NCBI RefSeq assembly: GCF_005696695.1
Contig: NZ_CP040006.1
Coordinates: 1,080,001 to 1,112,000 of the forward strand
Reading direction: 5' to 3'
Length of the DNA stretch: 32,000 bases
Source: Schaalia odontolytica
GTDB taxonomy: Bacteria; Actinomycetota; Actinomycetes; Actinomycetales; Actinomycetaceae
Position 1 is the stretch's first letter. Every line of letters begins with the position of its first letter. Positions 1-8,246 of the stretch are shown in pieces. Under the pieces are notes generated by a model. The model was not told where the DNA came from. It did not search any database and saw only the letters and a program-made list of their open reading frames with translations. Made by a program: the position numbers and the translations under genes.

Positions 1-146
1 TGGCCCGCGTGCGTGGGGCGGAGGATCCCGGCCCGGCGGACACGGCTCGCCTCGTTCCCGTTACCTGGGTTGTTGGCGGCCTGCTCGTCGCGATGAGCGT
101 CATTTTGATCGTTGCAGACATCGTGAAGCCTGTGTCGCTCGGCTGA
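1..146 (+). CDS. 3' end of a membrane protein (partial, start outside window). Probably the M50 site-2 (RIP/RseP-like) metalloprotease that precedes ispG in actinobacteria.
   Basis: The frame starting at nt 3 is open from the window edge to TGA at 144-146. It reads ...[31 protein letters not shown], a terminal hydrophobic helix with an ADIV-x-P tail like Rip1/RseP C-termini as I recall them. The dxr-rseP-ispG synteny is established knowledge. It is absent from the ORF track because it has no start in the window. Confidence 0.45.
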   Translation, partial: ARVRGAEDPGPADTARLVPVTWVVGGLLVAMSVILIVADIVKPVSLG

Positions 147-225
147 GATCCGGCACGACACACACATCTGCCCGAAAAGCGACTCTGACCACGCGTTCGT
201 GGTCCGTGTGGGAAGGAAGGCCACT

Positions 226-1431
226 GTGCGCGATAATGACACGGTGAGTGAAATCAATCTTGGTATGCCCGAAGCCGCGGCGTCGCCGTTCCCGCGCAAG
301 CAGACGCGTCGCATCATGGTGGGCGACGTTCCCGTGGGCGGTGGCGCGCGGGTCTCCGTCCAGTCCATGACGACGACGAAGACGCACGACATCGGTGCGA
401 CCCTCCAGCAGATCGCCGAGCTGACGGCCGCGGGCTGCGACATCGTTCGTGTCGCCTGCCCGACGGATAAGGACGCGGACGCGCTGCCGATCATCGCGAA
501 GCAGTCGCGTATCCCGGTGATCGCTGACATTCACTTCAAGCCGAAGTACGTGTTCCAGGCGATCGAGGCCGGCTGTGGTGCCGTGCGCGTGAACCCGGGC
601 AATATCCGCAAGTTCGATGACCAGGTGAAGGACATCTGCAAGGCCGCGTCCGATCACGGCGTGTCGCTGCGTATCGGCGTGAACGCAGGATCGCTCGATC
701 CTCGACTCCTCAAGAAGTATGGCCGTGCCACGCCCGAGGCCCTCGTCGAGTCCGCGATCTGGGAAGCCTCCCTGTTCGAGGAGAACGACTTCCACGACTT
801 CAAGATCTCGGTCAAGCACCACGACGTGCTCACCATGATCCAGGCCTACCGCATGCTGTCCGAGGCGGGGGACTGGCCCCTGCACCTGGGCGTCACCGAG
901 GCGGGCCCCGCCTTCCAGGGCACGATTAAATCCGTGTCCGCTTTCTCGGTGCTTCTTGCCGAGGGCATTGGTGACACGATCCGTGTCTCCCTGTCCGCTC
1001 CTCCCGTTGAGGAGATCAAGGTGGGCACGAAGATGCTGGAATTCATGGGTCTGCGCGAGAAGACTCTCGAGATCGTCTCGTGCCCGTCGTGCGGCCGCGC
1101 CCAGGTGGACGTATGGACGCTCGCCGAGGACGTCACCGAGGGCCTGAAGGACCTGACGGTCCCGCTGCGCGTGGCCGTGATGGGCTGCGTCGTCAACGGC
1201 CCGGGCGAGGCTCGCGAGGCCGACCTGGGTGTCGCCTCCGGCAACGGCAAGGGCCAGATCTTCATTCGCGGCGAGGTCGTCGAGACCGTTCCCGAGGACC
1301 AGATCGTCGAGACCCTGATCCGGCGCGCGAACGCCCTCGCCGAGGAGCTGGGCCTGGAGCCCGGTTCCGGCAGCGTCGAGGTTGCCCCGATCACCGCCCC
1401 GGATGTCAAGCTCCCGGGCATCGACTTCTGA
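226..1431 (+). CDS. ispG: 4-hydroxy-3-methylbut-2-en-1-yl diphosphate synthase (MEP pathway, flavodoxin-type IspG/GcpE)
   Basis: Colinear with actinobacterial IspG along its length ([54 protein letters not shown]). The ORF opens at 199. I prefer the in-frame GTG at 226 because GGAAGGAAGG (211-220) lies 5 nt upstream. In-frame GTG 244 and ATG 265 are alternatives. Confidence 0.95.
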   Translation: MRDNDTVSEINLGMPEAAASPFPRKQTRRIMVGDVPVGGGARVSVQSMTTTKTHDIGATLQQIAELTAAGCDIVRVACPTDKDADALPIIAKQSRIPVIADIHFKPKYVFQAIEAGCGAVRVNPGNIRKFDDQVKDICKAASDHGVSLRIGVNAGSLDPRLLKKYGRATPEALVESAIWEASLFEENDFHDFKISVKHHDVLTMIQAYRMLSEAGDWPLHLGVTEAGPAFQGTIKSVSAFSVLLAEGIGDTIRVSLSAPPVEEIKVGTKMLEFMGLREKTLEIVSCPSCGRAQVDVWTLAEDVTEGLKDLTVPLRVAVMGCVVNGPGEAREADLGVASGNGKGQIFIRGEVVETVPEDQIVETLIRRANALAEELGLEPGSGSVEVAPITAPDVKLPGIDF

Positions 1432-1452
1432 GTTGTTGATAAGGACTATCGC

Positions 1453-1956
1453 ATGCGTATTCGCACTCTTGCCGCTCTGTCCCTCGTCGCCGGCGCATGC
1501 GCCGTTGCGGCTACCGGCTTTCCTCGTCGCATCGGCCTGACGGCCTCGCAGGCGGACGTGTCGCTGCCGGGAGATCTCATCCTGCCCGGCGCGAACGTCG
1601 TGGTAGATCGCGGTATCGCGATCGACGCGCCCGCGTCCGTCGTGTGGGATGTCCTCGGCCACGTGTTCGAGCCGGAGGATGAGTCGACGATCATTGATAT
1701 TGAGGACGAGGACCATATCCTTATGCGCGTTGCGCCGCCGGCTGCCCCGGAAGGCGCCGATGCCTCGGGAACCTGTGTCATCGCTCTGCTGCCGCTGTCT
1801 CCCTCGCGCACGCTCCTGCACATCCGTGAACGTCACGAGGCGCAGGGACGCGACCGCGTGCTCGCGTGGGCCGGTGTCGCGGCCGAGTCGCTGTCCTCGC
1901 TGTCGATGCTGCGCGATCTGCGCGATGCATGCGTCGGCGGGCTCATTGATGCCTGA
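1453..1956 (+). CDS. Hypothetical exported protein with an SRPBCC (START/Bet v1-like) type fold signature
   Basis: 167-aa ORF with AAGGA 8 nt upstream of the ATG. The N-terminus MRIRTLAALSLVAGACAVAATG looks like a signal peptide. 'IAIDAPASVVWDVLGH' resembles the first strand/helix motif of SRPBCC-family proteins. The product call is by motif memory only. Confidence 0.5.
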   Translation: MRIRTLAALSLVAGACAVAATGFPRRIGLTASQADVSLPGDLILPGANVVVDRGIAIDAPASVVWDVLGHVFEPEDESTIIDIEDEDHILMRVAPPAAPEGADASGTCVIALLPLSPSRTLLHIRERHEAQGRDRVLAWAGVAAESLSSLSMLRDLRDACVGGLIDA

Positions 1957-1992
1957 TTAGTCTCGTTCCCGCCGTTTCGGTTGGACATTACT

Positions 1993-2037
1993 CCCCGTTG
2001 GTGTTGTAGTATCGGCCTGTACGCAACGCCAACGGGG
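1993..2037 (+). terminator. Strong stem-loop (14-bp stem, 17-nt loop) just downstream of the SRPBCC-like gene. Terminator or regulatory hairpin.
   Basis: CCCCGTTGGTGTTG (1993-2006) pairs with CAACGCCAACGGGG (2024-2037) with one G.U pair. There is no strong T-tract after it (GATGTTGCATTG). Confidence 0.4.
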
Positions 2038-2064
2038 ATGTTGCATTGTCCGAAGGGGGACGCT

Positions 2065-2478
2065 GTGTCCAACTCCACCGCCGTCATCGCACTGGTCGGT
2101 CTCGTCATCGCATCCGTGTGGGCGTGGGCGTGGCTCGGTTTCGGCGCGAGCGCCCGACGTATGTCGGTGCGTCTGGAGATCGGCGGTGGCAGCGCGGCTG
2201 GTGAGATGTCGGCGCTCGTGTGGCCCCTCATGCCTTTCCTCTCCCTCCTGTGGTTCCTGACGGGCGATCTTGTGGCCCGTGAAGCCTCCGGCTTCGCTAC
2301 GGCAGGCACCTGCATGCTTATCGCGCTCGTCCTTGCTGCGATGGTCGGCGTCGCCGTGCGCGCCCTGTACCTGGGGGGCCTTCCCGCGTGGGCGTACCCG
2401 GGTTGGATGGCTCGCCGCTACTACGCCTCGCACCCGGGTGCCCGTGAGCGCGAGCTCGGTGCCCGCGCGGTCATCTGA
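2065..2478 (+). CDS. Small integral membrane protein, function unknown
   Basis: The ORF 1981-2478 contains three to four hydrophobic segments (AVIALVGLVIASVWAWAWLGF, LVWPLMPFLSLLWFL, CMLIALVLAAMVGVAV). I prefer the in-frame GTG at 2065 because GAAGGGGGA (2052-2060) precedes it and the upstream part of the ORF is occupied by the 1993-2037 hairpin. I recognise no family. Confidence 0.5.
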   Translation: MSNSTAVIALVGLVIASVWAWAWLGFGASARRMSVRLEIGGGSAAGEMSALVWPLMPFLSLLWFLTGDLVAREASGFATAGTCMLIALVLAAMVGVAVRALYLGGLPAWAYPGWMARRYYASHPGARERELGARAVI

Positions 2479-2558
2479 GGGGTTCGCCAACGCCTCGATG
2501 AGAGGCTCCACGGCTGTGCCAGTGGCCCCAGGGCCTTCGCGTGCCGTACTCTTGGAGC

Positions 2559-4367
2559 ATGCTTCGAAATCTCTCGACTTTCTTCCTGCGAACCCTCCGT
2601 GAAGACCCGGCCGACGCCGAGGTCAATTCGCACAAGCTTCTGGTGCGTGCCGGCTACATCCGCCGCTCCGCCCCCGGCATCTACACGTGGCTGCCTCTCG
2701 GCCTGCGCACGCTGCGCAAGATCGAGGACATCGTCCGCGAGGAGATGGATGCGATGGGCGCTCAGGAAGTTCACTTCCCGGGCCTGATCCCCGCCGAGCC
2801 CTACAAGGCTACCAACCGTTGGGAAGAGTACGGTCCGACGCTGTTCAAGCTCAATGACCGTAAGGGCGGCGACTACCTGCTGGCCCCCACGCACGAGGAA
2901 ATGTTCACCCTGCTGGTGAAGGATATGTACTCCTCGTACAAGGACCTGCCCGCCACGCTGTACCAGATTCAGACGAAGTACCGTGACGAGGCCCGCCCGC
3001 GCGCCGGTCTGATCCGCGGCCGCGAGTTCGTCATGAAGGACGCCTACTCCTTCGACATCGACGACGAGGGTCTGAACGCCTCCTACCAGGCTGAGCGTGA
3101 CACCTACGAGCGCATCTTCCAGCGCCTGGGCCTGCGCTACGTCATTGTGTCCGCGATGAGCGGCGCGATGGGTGGCTCCCGCTCCGAGGAGTTCCTGCAT
3201 CCCTCGCCGATCGGTGAGGACACCTTCGTGGCGTCCCCGGGTGGCTACGCCGCCAACGCCGAGGCCGTGACGACCCCCGTGCCCGAGGCCCAGGACGCGT
3301 CCGGTGTGCCCGCGCCTCTTGAGGTTCCGACCCCCGACGCTCCGACCATCGAGTCGCTTGTTGATCTGCTCAACGATCAGTACCCGCGCGAGGATCGCCC
3401 CTGGACCGCCGCCGACACGCTGAAGAACGTCGTCGTGACGCTGACGCACCCGGATGGTGAGCGCGAGCTCCTCGTCGTGGGCGTGCCCGGTGACCGCGAT
3501 GTCGACATGAAGCGCCTGGAGGCCGCCGTGGCCCCCGCCGAGGTCGAGATGGCCTCGGATTCCGACTTCGAGCCGCACCCCGAGCTGGTGCGCGGCTACA
3601 TCGGCCCCACGGTTCTCGGACCGAACTCCCCGAAGCGCGTCGTGGACGAGGAAGGCAACGCCTCCGGTTCCGTGCGCTACCTGGTGGACCCGCGCGTCGT
3701 CGAGGGCACCGCCTGGGTGACGGGTGCAAACGCCGAGCAGCGTCACGTCCTGAACCTCGTCATGGGTCGCGACTTCACCGCCGACGGCACGATCGAGGCC
3801 GCCGAGGTGCGCGAGGGCGACCTGGCTCCCGACGGCTCGGGCCCCCTCCACCTGGAGCGCGGCATCGAGATCGGCCACATCTTCCAGCTGGGCCGCAAGT
3901 ACGCCAAGGCCCTGGGCCTGACCGTCCTCGACGAGAATGGCAAGACCCAGGTCGTCACCATGGGCTCCTACGGCATTGGCGTTACCCGCGTCATGGCAGC
4001 CCTGGCCGAGGCCAACTGCGACGACAAGGGCCTGAGCTGGCCCGCGCAGATTGCTCCCTTCGACGTGCATGTCCTGGCTACCGGCAAGGGCGACGATGTC
4101 TTCGAGACCGCGCAGTCTCTGGGCGAGCAGCTCGATGCGGCCGGCCTGGATGTTCTCGTCGACGATCGCCGCAAGGTGAGCGCCGGTGTCAAGTTCAAGG
4201 ACTACGAGCTCGTGGGCGTGCCCTTCGGCCTGGTCGTCGGTCGTTCTCTGGCCGACGGCGAGGTGGAGATCCGCGTGCGTGCCACCGGCGAGACCATCGT
4301 CGTGCCCGTCGAGGAAGCTGTCGCGCGCCTGCGCGAGCTTCACGCAGCTGCCCTGAAGGGGGAGTGA
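2559..4367 (+). CDS. proS: Proline--tRNA ligase (bacterial type, with INS editing domain)
   Basis: [50 protein letters not shown] matches the ProS N-terminus. Class II motifs are present ([23 protein letters not shown]). The length fits the bacterial type. The ATG at 2559 aligns with homologue N-termini. The ORF opens at 2541. Confidence 0.95.
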   Translation: MLRNLSTFFLRTLREDPADAEVNSHKLLVRAGYIRRSAPGIYTWLPLGLRTLRKIEDIVREEMDAMGAQEVHFPGLIPAEPYKATNRWEEYGPTLFKLNDRKGGDYLLAPTHEEMFTLLVKDMYSSYKDLPATLYQIQTKYRDEARPRAGLIRGREFVMKDAYSFDIDDEGLNASYQAERDTYERIFQRLGLRYVIVSAMSGAMGGSRSEEFLHPSPIGEDTFVASPGGYAANAEAVTTPVPEAQDASGVPAPLEVPTPDAPTIESLVDLLNDQYPREDRPWTAADTLKNVVVTLTHPDGERELLVVGVPGDRDVDMKRLEAAVAPAEVEMASDSDFEPHPELVRGYIGPTVLGPNSPKRVVDEEGNASGSVRYLVDPRVVEGTAWVTGANAEQRHVLNLVMGRDFTADGTIEAAEVREGDLAPDGSGPLHLERGIEIGHIFQLGRKYAKALGLTVLDENGKTQVVTMGSYGIGVTRVMAALAEANCDDKGLSWPAQIAPFDVHVLATGKGDDVFETAQSLGEQLDAAGLDVLVDDRRKVSAGVKFKDYELVGVPFGLVVGRSLADGEVEIRVRATGETIVVPVEEAVARLRELHAAALKGE

Positions 4368-4368
4368 C

Positions 4369-4860
4369 ATGGCTATTCGTCCCATCCGCATCATCGGCGA
4401 CCCGGTCCTGCGTACCGTCTGCGATCCGATCACGGAGATCACGCCGAACGTGAAGGCGCTCGTCGAGGACCTGCTCGAGGGCGTCGACATGGAGGGCCGC
4501 GCCGGCCTGGCCGCGAACCAGATCGGCGTCAGCCTGCGCGCCTTCTCCTGGAACATCGACGGCGAGATCGGCTACGTGCTGAACCCTCGCATCGTCGCTC
4601 TGAGCGAGGATGAGTACCAGGACGGCGACGAGGGCTGTCTGTCTGTTCCCGAGCTGTGGTACCCGACTGAGCGCGCCTGGTATGCGCGCTGCGAGGGCAC
4701 CGACCTGGATGGCAAGAAGGTCGTCGTCGAGGGTGAGGAGCTCATGGCGCGCTGCATCCAGCACGAGTGCGACCACCTGGATGGCCACATCTACATCGAC
4801 CGTCTCGATCGGGCGACCCGCAAGAAGGCGCTGCGCGACATCCGCAACGCTGGCTTCTGA
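4369..4860 (+). CDS. def: Peptide deformylase
   Basis: All three PDF motifs are present ([24 protein letters not shown]). The ATG lies 1 nt after the proS TGA, with AAGGGGGAG upstream. Confidence 0.95.
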   Translation: MAIRPIRIIGDPVLRTVCDPITEITPNVKALVEDLLEGVDMEGRAGLAANQIGVSLRAFSWNIDGEIGYVLNPRIVALSEDEYQDGDEGCLSVPELWYPTERAWYARCEGTDLDGKKVVVEGEELMARCIQHECDHLDGHIYIDRLDRATRKKALRDIRNAGF

Positions 4861-4884
4861 GCATCTGGCCTCGCAGAGGCATGG

Positions 4885-4919
4885 ACGCGCCGGGGAATGG
4901 AGTGCATTCCCCGGCGCGT
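4885..4919 (+). terminator. Stem-loop terminator downstream of def
   Basis: ACGCGCCGGGGAATG (4885-4899) pairs perfectly with CATTCCCCGGCGCGT (4905-4919), with a 5-nt loop. The T-tail is weak (TCGACTATTCT). Confidence 0.6.
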
Positions 4920-5030
4920 TCGACTATTCTGTAACCACATCGTGTGCGCCGTCTCGGCGCAGATCATTGCGACTCACGGCAGTTTAGGGCGTAGGGGAAG
5001 ACGATCCTGACAAAGCCAACAGGAGGAACA

Positions 5031-5534
5031 ATGAGAGGGTCATACACCCGCGGTGTACTTTTCGTGCACTCAACACCGCCTGCTCTGTGCCCGCACATCG
5101 AGTGGGCGCTGGGCACCGCGCTCGGCCAGGAGGTTCACCTCCAGTGGTCGGACCAGGAAGCGGCGCCGGGCATGGTTCGCTGCGAGTTCTCGTGGGTCGG
5201 ACCGATCGGCTCGGGCGCCCGTTTGGCGTCCGCTCTGCGCGGTTGGGAGCACCTGCGTTACGAGGTCACGGAGGAGGCCACGGCCTCGAGCGACGGTGGC
5301 CGCTGGTGCCACACGCCCTCCCTCGGTATCTTCCACTCCCAGATGGACACCATCGGCAACGTCGTCGTTCCCGAGGATCGCATCCGTGCGGCCCTGGAGT
5401 CCGCCACGACGTACGAGGAGCTGCGCGAGGGTCTCGACCTGGCTCTTGGCCAGGCCTGGGACGATGAACTGGAATCCTTCCGCCACGCGGGTGCAGGTGC
5501 ACCCGTGCGCTGGCTCAATAACCGGGTCGGCTGA
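5031..5534 (+). CDS. DUF3145 domain-containing protein
   Basis: GVLFVHSTPPALCPHIEWALG...LQWSDQ...RCEFSW matches my memory of the actinobacteria-specific DUF3145 family. AGGAGG lies 6 nt upstream of the ATG. Confidence 0.8.
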   Translation: MRGSYTRGVLFVHSTPPALCPHIEWALGTALGQEVHLQWSDQEAAPGMVRCEFSWVGPIGSGARLASALRGWEHLRYEVTEEATASSDGGRWCHTPSLGIFHSQMDTIGNVVVPEDRIRAALESATTYEELREGLDLALGQAWDDELESFRHAGAGAPVRWLNNRVG

Positions 5535-5905
5535 TGGGCTCCATCGCCGACCTGCTCGGTGACCAGCTGCGTGCAGGCTTAGCGCAGCTGGTCGACCCCG
5601 ATGCGTCCGACGAGGCGCCCGACGCGGCCCCTGCCTCGTCCGAGAGCGCCGTTGAGACTGCCCAGGACCGCGCCCGCCAGGCCGCGATGGAGGCAGTTCT
5701 CGACGAGGCGGACCTCGACCCCGCCGGCGCGCGCGGAGAGCTCACGCTGCGCGGCGATCTCGACATGGACGACGTGTCCCTCTACGCCGTCGTCGCGCGC
5801 GTGGAGCGCGAGGCGAAGGTGACGCTGAATGACTCTCAGATTGAGCAGTGGGTGACGCTCGCTGACCTTCTTGACGCCGTTTCTGACGCCGCGTCCAATC
5901 ACTAG
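5534..5905 (+). CDS. Highly acidic small protein with a C-terminal acyl-carrier-protein-like helix pattern. Function unknown.
   Basis: The ATG overlaps the DUF3145 TGA by 1 nt (TGATG at 5532-5536). By my count it has about 27 Asp/Glu versus 8 Arg/Lys in 123 aa. The N-terminal half is low-complexity and Ala/Asp/Pro-rich. The C-terminal 'GDLDMDDVSLYAVVARVEREAKVTL...WVTLADLLDAV' resembles the ACP helix II region (DLGxDSLxxVELV), but with DVS in place of DS. Confidence 0.5.
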   Translation: MGSIADLLGDQLRAGLAQLVDPDASDEAPDAAPASSESAVETAQDRARQAAMEAVLDEADLDPAGARGELTLRGDLDMDDVSLYAVVARVEREAKVTLNDSQIEQWVTLADLLDAVSDAASNH

Positions 5906-6040
5906 CGAAAGGCCGCGCCAGCGGAGCTTCAACGACGCTTCCAATGTTCGTAAAGTGCCGGAATTTCGGGCCTACAGGGCCTACCATGGAGGCGCAGCCG
6001 CCGGAAAGACCCGGCAGGTGAACTGACGGAAGGAACAACG

Positions 6041-7453
6041 TTGACCCGCACCGAAGAAGATCTGCTCGGCACCCGCGAAGTACCCGAGGACGCGTACTGG
6101 GGCATTCATACGCTGCGAGCTATCGAGAACTATCAGATCTCGGGTCGCACCATCAATGAAGCCCCCGAACTCATCCGCGCGTTTGCGCAGGTGAAGAAGG
6201 CGTGCGCCATGGCGAACATGCAGCTGAAGGCGATGAAGCCGGCCAAGGCTGAGGCGATCATCGCTGCGTGCGACGAGATCATCGAAAACGGCCGCTGCAT
6301 GGACCAGTTCCCCGTCGACCAGTTCCAGGGCGGTGCCGGTACCTCCGTCAACATGAATGCGAACGAGGTCATCGCGAACCTGGCACTCGAGATCCTGGGG
6401 GAGGAGAAGGGCCGCTACGACATCATCAACCCCAACGATCACGTCAACCGCTCCCAGTCGACGAACGACGCGTACCCGACGGCCTTCCGTATCGCCCTGT
6501 GGCGCAAGGTGAACCGCCTGCGCAAGGCGATCGACGAGCTCGCCGACTCCTTCGATGAGAAGGGTGCTGAGTTCCGCCACATTCTCACGATGGGTCGCAC
6601 GCAGCTGCAGGACGCCGTCCCGATGTCTCTCGGCAGCGAGTTTTCCGCCTTCGCGCACACTCTGCGCGAGGAGGATGAACGCCTCGTCAACAACGCCGAA
6701 CTGCTCTTGGAGACGAACCTTGGCGCAACCGCCATCGGCACCGGCCTGAACACCCCGGACGGCTACCAGCAGGTCGTCGTGCGCCACCTGCGCCGTATCA
6801 CGGGGGCGCGCGTCGTCGGCTCCCCGAACCTCCTCGAAGCAACGTCGGATACGGGCGCCTACGTGTCCATGCACGCCACGATCAAGCGCAGCGCCGTCAA
6901 GCTGTCCAAGATCTGCAACGACCTGCGCCTGCTGGCTTCCGGGCCGCGCGCCGGCCTCAACGAGATCAACCTGCCGAAGATGGCTGCAGGCTCATCGATC
7001 ATGCCCGCCAAGGTCAACCCCGTCATCCCCGAGGTCGTGAACCAGGTCTGCTTCAAGGTCATCGGCAACGACCAGACCGTCACCATGGCCGCCGAGGCCG
7101 GTCAGCTCCAGCTCAACGTCATGGAGCCCGTCATCGCACAGGCGCTCATCGAGTCCATCAACCTGCTCGTCAACGCATGCGATACGCTGCGGGACCGCTG
7201 CATCACCGGAATCACCGCGAACCCCGACGTGTGCCGTCACTACGTCGAGAACTCCATCGGTATCGTCACCTACTTTAATGACGTGATCGGTCACCACCTG
7301 GGCGACGTCGTCGGTAAGCGCGCCGCCGCTGAAGGCAAGACCGTCCGCGAGGTCATCCACGAGATGGAGCTCCTCTCGGAGGAGGAGGTCGAGCGCATCC
7401 TGTCGCCGGAGAACCTCGCGCACCCGAAGTACGCGGGCACCGACGAGAGCTGA
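6041..7453 (+). CDS. aspA: Aspartate ammonia-lyase (aspartase)
   Basis: Member of the class II fumarase/aspartase superfamily. The SS-loop [15 protein letters not shown] is aspartase-type (AKVNPV rather than the fumarase GKVNPT). The N-terminus [30 protein letters not shown] fits. TTG start with GGAAGGAA 6 nt upstream. Confidence 0.9.
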   Translation: MTRTEEDLLGTREVPEDAYWGIHTLRAIENYQISGRTINEAPELIRAFAQVKKACAMANMQLKAMKPAKAEAIIAACDEIIENGRCMDQFPVDQFQGGAGTSVNMNANEVIANLALEILGEEKGRYDIINPNDHVNRSQSTNDAYPTAFRIALWRKVNRLRKAIDELADSFDEKGAEFRHILTMGRTQLQDAVPMSLGSEFSAFAHTLREEDERLVNNAELLLETNLGATAIGTGLNTPDGYQQVVVRHLRRITGARVVGSPNLLEATSDTGAYVSMHATIKRSAVKLSKICNDLRLLASGPRAGLNEINLPKMAAGSSIMPAKVNPVIPEVVNQVCFKVIGNDQTVTMAAEAGQLQLNVMEPVIAQALIESINLLVNACDTLRDRCITGITANPDVCRHYVENSIGIVTYFNDVIGHHLGDVVGKRAAAEGKTVREVIHEMELLSEEEVERILSPENLAHPKYAGTDES

Positions 7454-7472
7454 GTAGCCTCTACGTACAGAC

Positions 7473-7512
7473 GAGGCCGGGGATCCTGCGTGGGTCCCCG
7501 GCCTTTGTTGTT
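7473..7512 (+). terminator. Intrinsic terminator of aspA. Copy 1 of a repeated palindromic element.
   Basis: GAGGCCGGGGATCC (7473-7486) pairs with GGGTCCCCGGCCTT (7492-7505), with a 5-nt loop, followed by TTTGTTGTT. Confidence 0.75.
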
Positions 7513-7526
7513 GGTACGTGGCATCG

Positions 7527-8096
7527 CTAGGGGAGGAGAGACTCCTTGAAGGAACGCACGAAAGTGCCAAAACGCTCCACACGGTCCGAGAAGTAGCGGT
7601 AGATGCGCCTGCGCGCGTCTCCGACGTATTCGACGGTCTGCAGATCCTCGTAGCGGAAACGGCCCTGCTCGTCGATGAGTGACGGGTTGACCAGGCGCTG
7701 GGTGATCTCGCAGCGGAAGTGCGTGTAGGTGCCGTCCTCCGTTGCCTCCAGGACGCGGCAAACGAGGCTCATCTGGGAGTCGTCGAGGATGGGGACGCCG
7801 TCATAGTTGCTTGATGCCACGTGGGCATCGCCAAGTTTATTCCCACCAGAGACGGTGCCCGCATACTCGAAGAGGCCCATGGCCTCGGGCCCGAAAAGGT
7901 TGAGCGAGCAAACTCCCGAGCGCTTGATCGAACGGGCAGCATGCGTGGTGGAGTCGCAGCCGATCATGACCATCTGCCCCAGCGAGTATGACGAGGAACC
8001 CGTGGTGATGCCGACGCCGACGGACTCGTCCGGGTAGGCCAGGATGTAGACGGGGAAGCCGTAGTAGAACTTCTCGGTTTCGTAGGGAACGTGCAT
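7527..8096 (-). CDS. Flavin reductase-like (FMN-binding split-barrel, PF01613-type) family protein
   Basis: 189-aa ORF. 'FPVYILAY...GITTGSSSYSLGQMVMIGCDSTTHAARSIKRSGVCSLNLF...GNKLGD' follows the flavin-reductase-like domain pattern (core strands, then 'F-x-vNl', then a Kf/Kl motif). There is no clear SD. The family call is from motif memory. Confidence 0.55.
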   Translation of the reverse strand: MHVPYETEKFYYGFPVYILAYPDESVGVGITTGSSSYSLGQMVMIGCDSTTHAARSIKRSGVCSLNLFGPEAMGLFEYAGTVSGGNKLGDAHVASSNYDGVPILDDSQMSLVCRVLEATEDGTYTHFRCEITQRLVNPSLIDEQGRFRYEDLQTVEYVGDARRRIYRYFSDRVERFGTFVRSFKESLLP

Positions 8097-8160
8097 GGGT
8101 CTATTGTCTGCCGGATAGGGCGGGCAGGCAGTGCCGATCCCATTGCTTGGCGCAAACGAC

Positions 8161-8195
8161 GAGGCCGGGGACCCCGCGTGGGGCTCCCCGGCCTC
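8161..8195 (-). terminator. Stem-loop downstream of aceE. Copy 2 of the repeated palindromic element.
   Basis: GAGGCCGGGGACCCC (8161-8175) pairs with GGGG-C-TCCCCGGCCTC (8180-8195) with one bulged C. On the minus strand it is followed by GTCGTTTGCG. Confidence 0.65.
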
Positions 8196-8246
8196 GTTCT
8201 CATGACCGCTGGGCGCCGCGATGGAGGAGCGCGGGCCTAGCGACGA

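Noticed and set aside
100-1836. A 578-aa ORF antisense to ispG. Similar long ORFs lie antisense to real genes at 2421-4556 (proS), 8262-11129 (aceE), 12424-13371 (ndh), 13742-14668 (ANL ligase), 14938-15831 (lipA), 18839-19786 (fucosidase), 21037-21855 (ppgK), 24799-26352 and 26374-27735 (pheT), and 28911-30122 (argG).
   Set aside because: Their translations are Arg/Ala/Gly/Asp/His-rich low-complexity strings with no family resemblance. Each is fully overlapped by a confidently identified gene on the other strand. Long stop-free antisense frames are the expected artefact of high GC with GC-rich third positions.
2479-2558. Possible T-box or riboswitch leaders upstream of the aminoacyl-tRNA synthetase genes proS (2479-2558) and pheS (23763-23891).
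   Set aside because: The leaders are only about 80 and about 130 nt. I could not find a T-box sequence, a specifier-loop architecture, a terminator/antiterminator pair, or a Phe- or Pro-rich leader peptide.
5968-5984. Tandem direct repeat GGGCCTAC-A-GGGCCTAC upstream of aspA.
   Set aside because: It is only two 8-nt units with no surrounding symmetry or promoter elements I can tie to it. It is too short to distinguish from chance in GC-rich DNA without comparative data.
7527-8096. Compositional (low-GC) anomaly of the flavin-reductase-like gene as evidence of horizontal transfer.
   Set aside because: My hand counts of 60-nt samples gave 55% and 63% GC versus about 60% in a neighbouring aceE sample. 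This is not clearly different, so I make no HGT claim on composition. The flanking repeat observation stands on its own.
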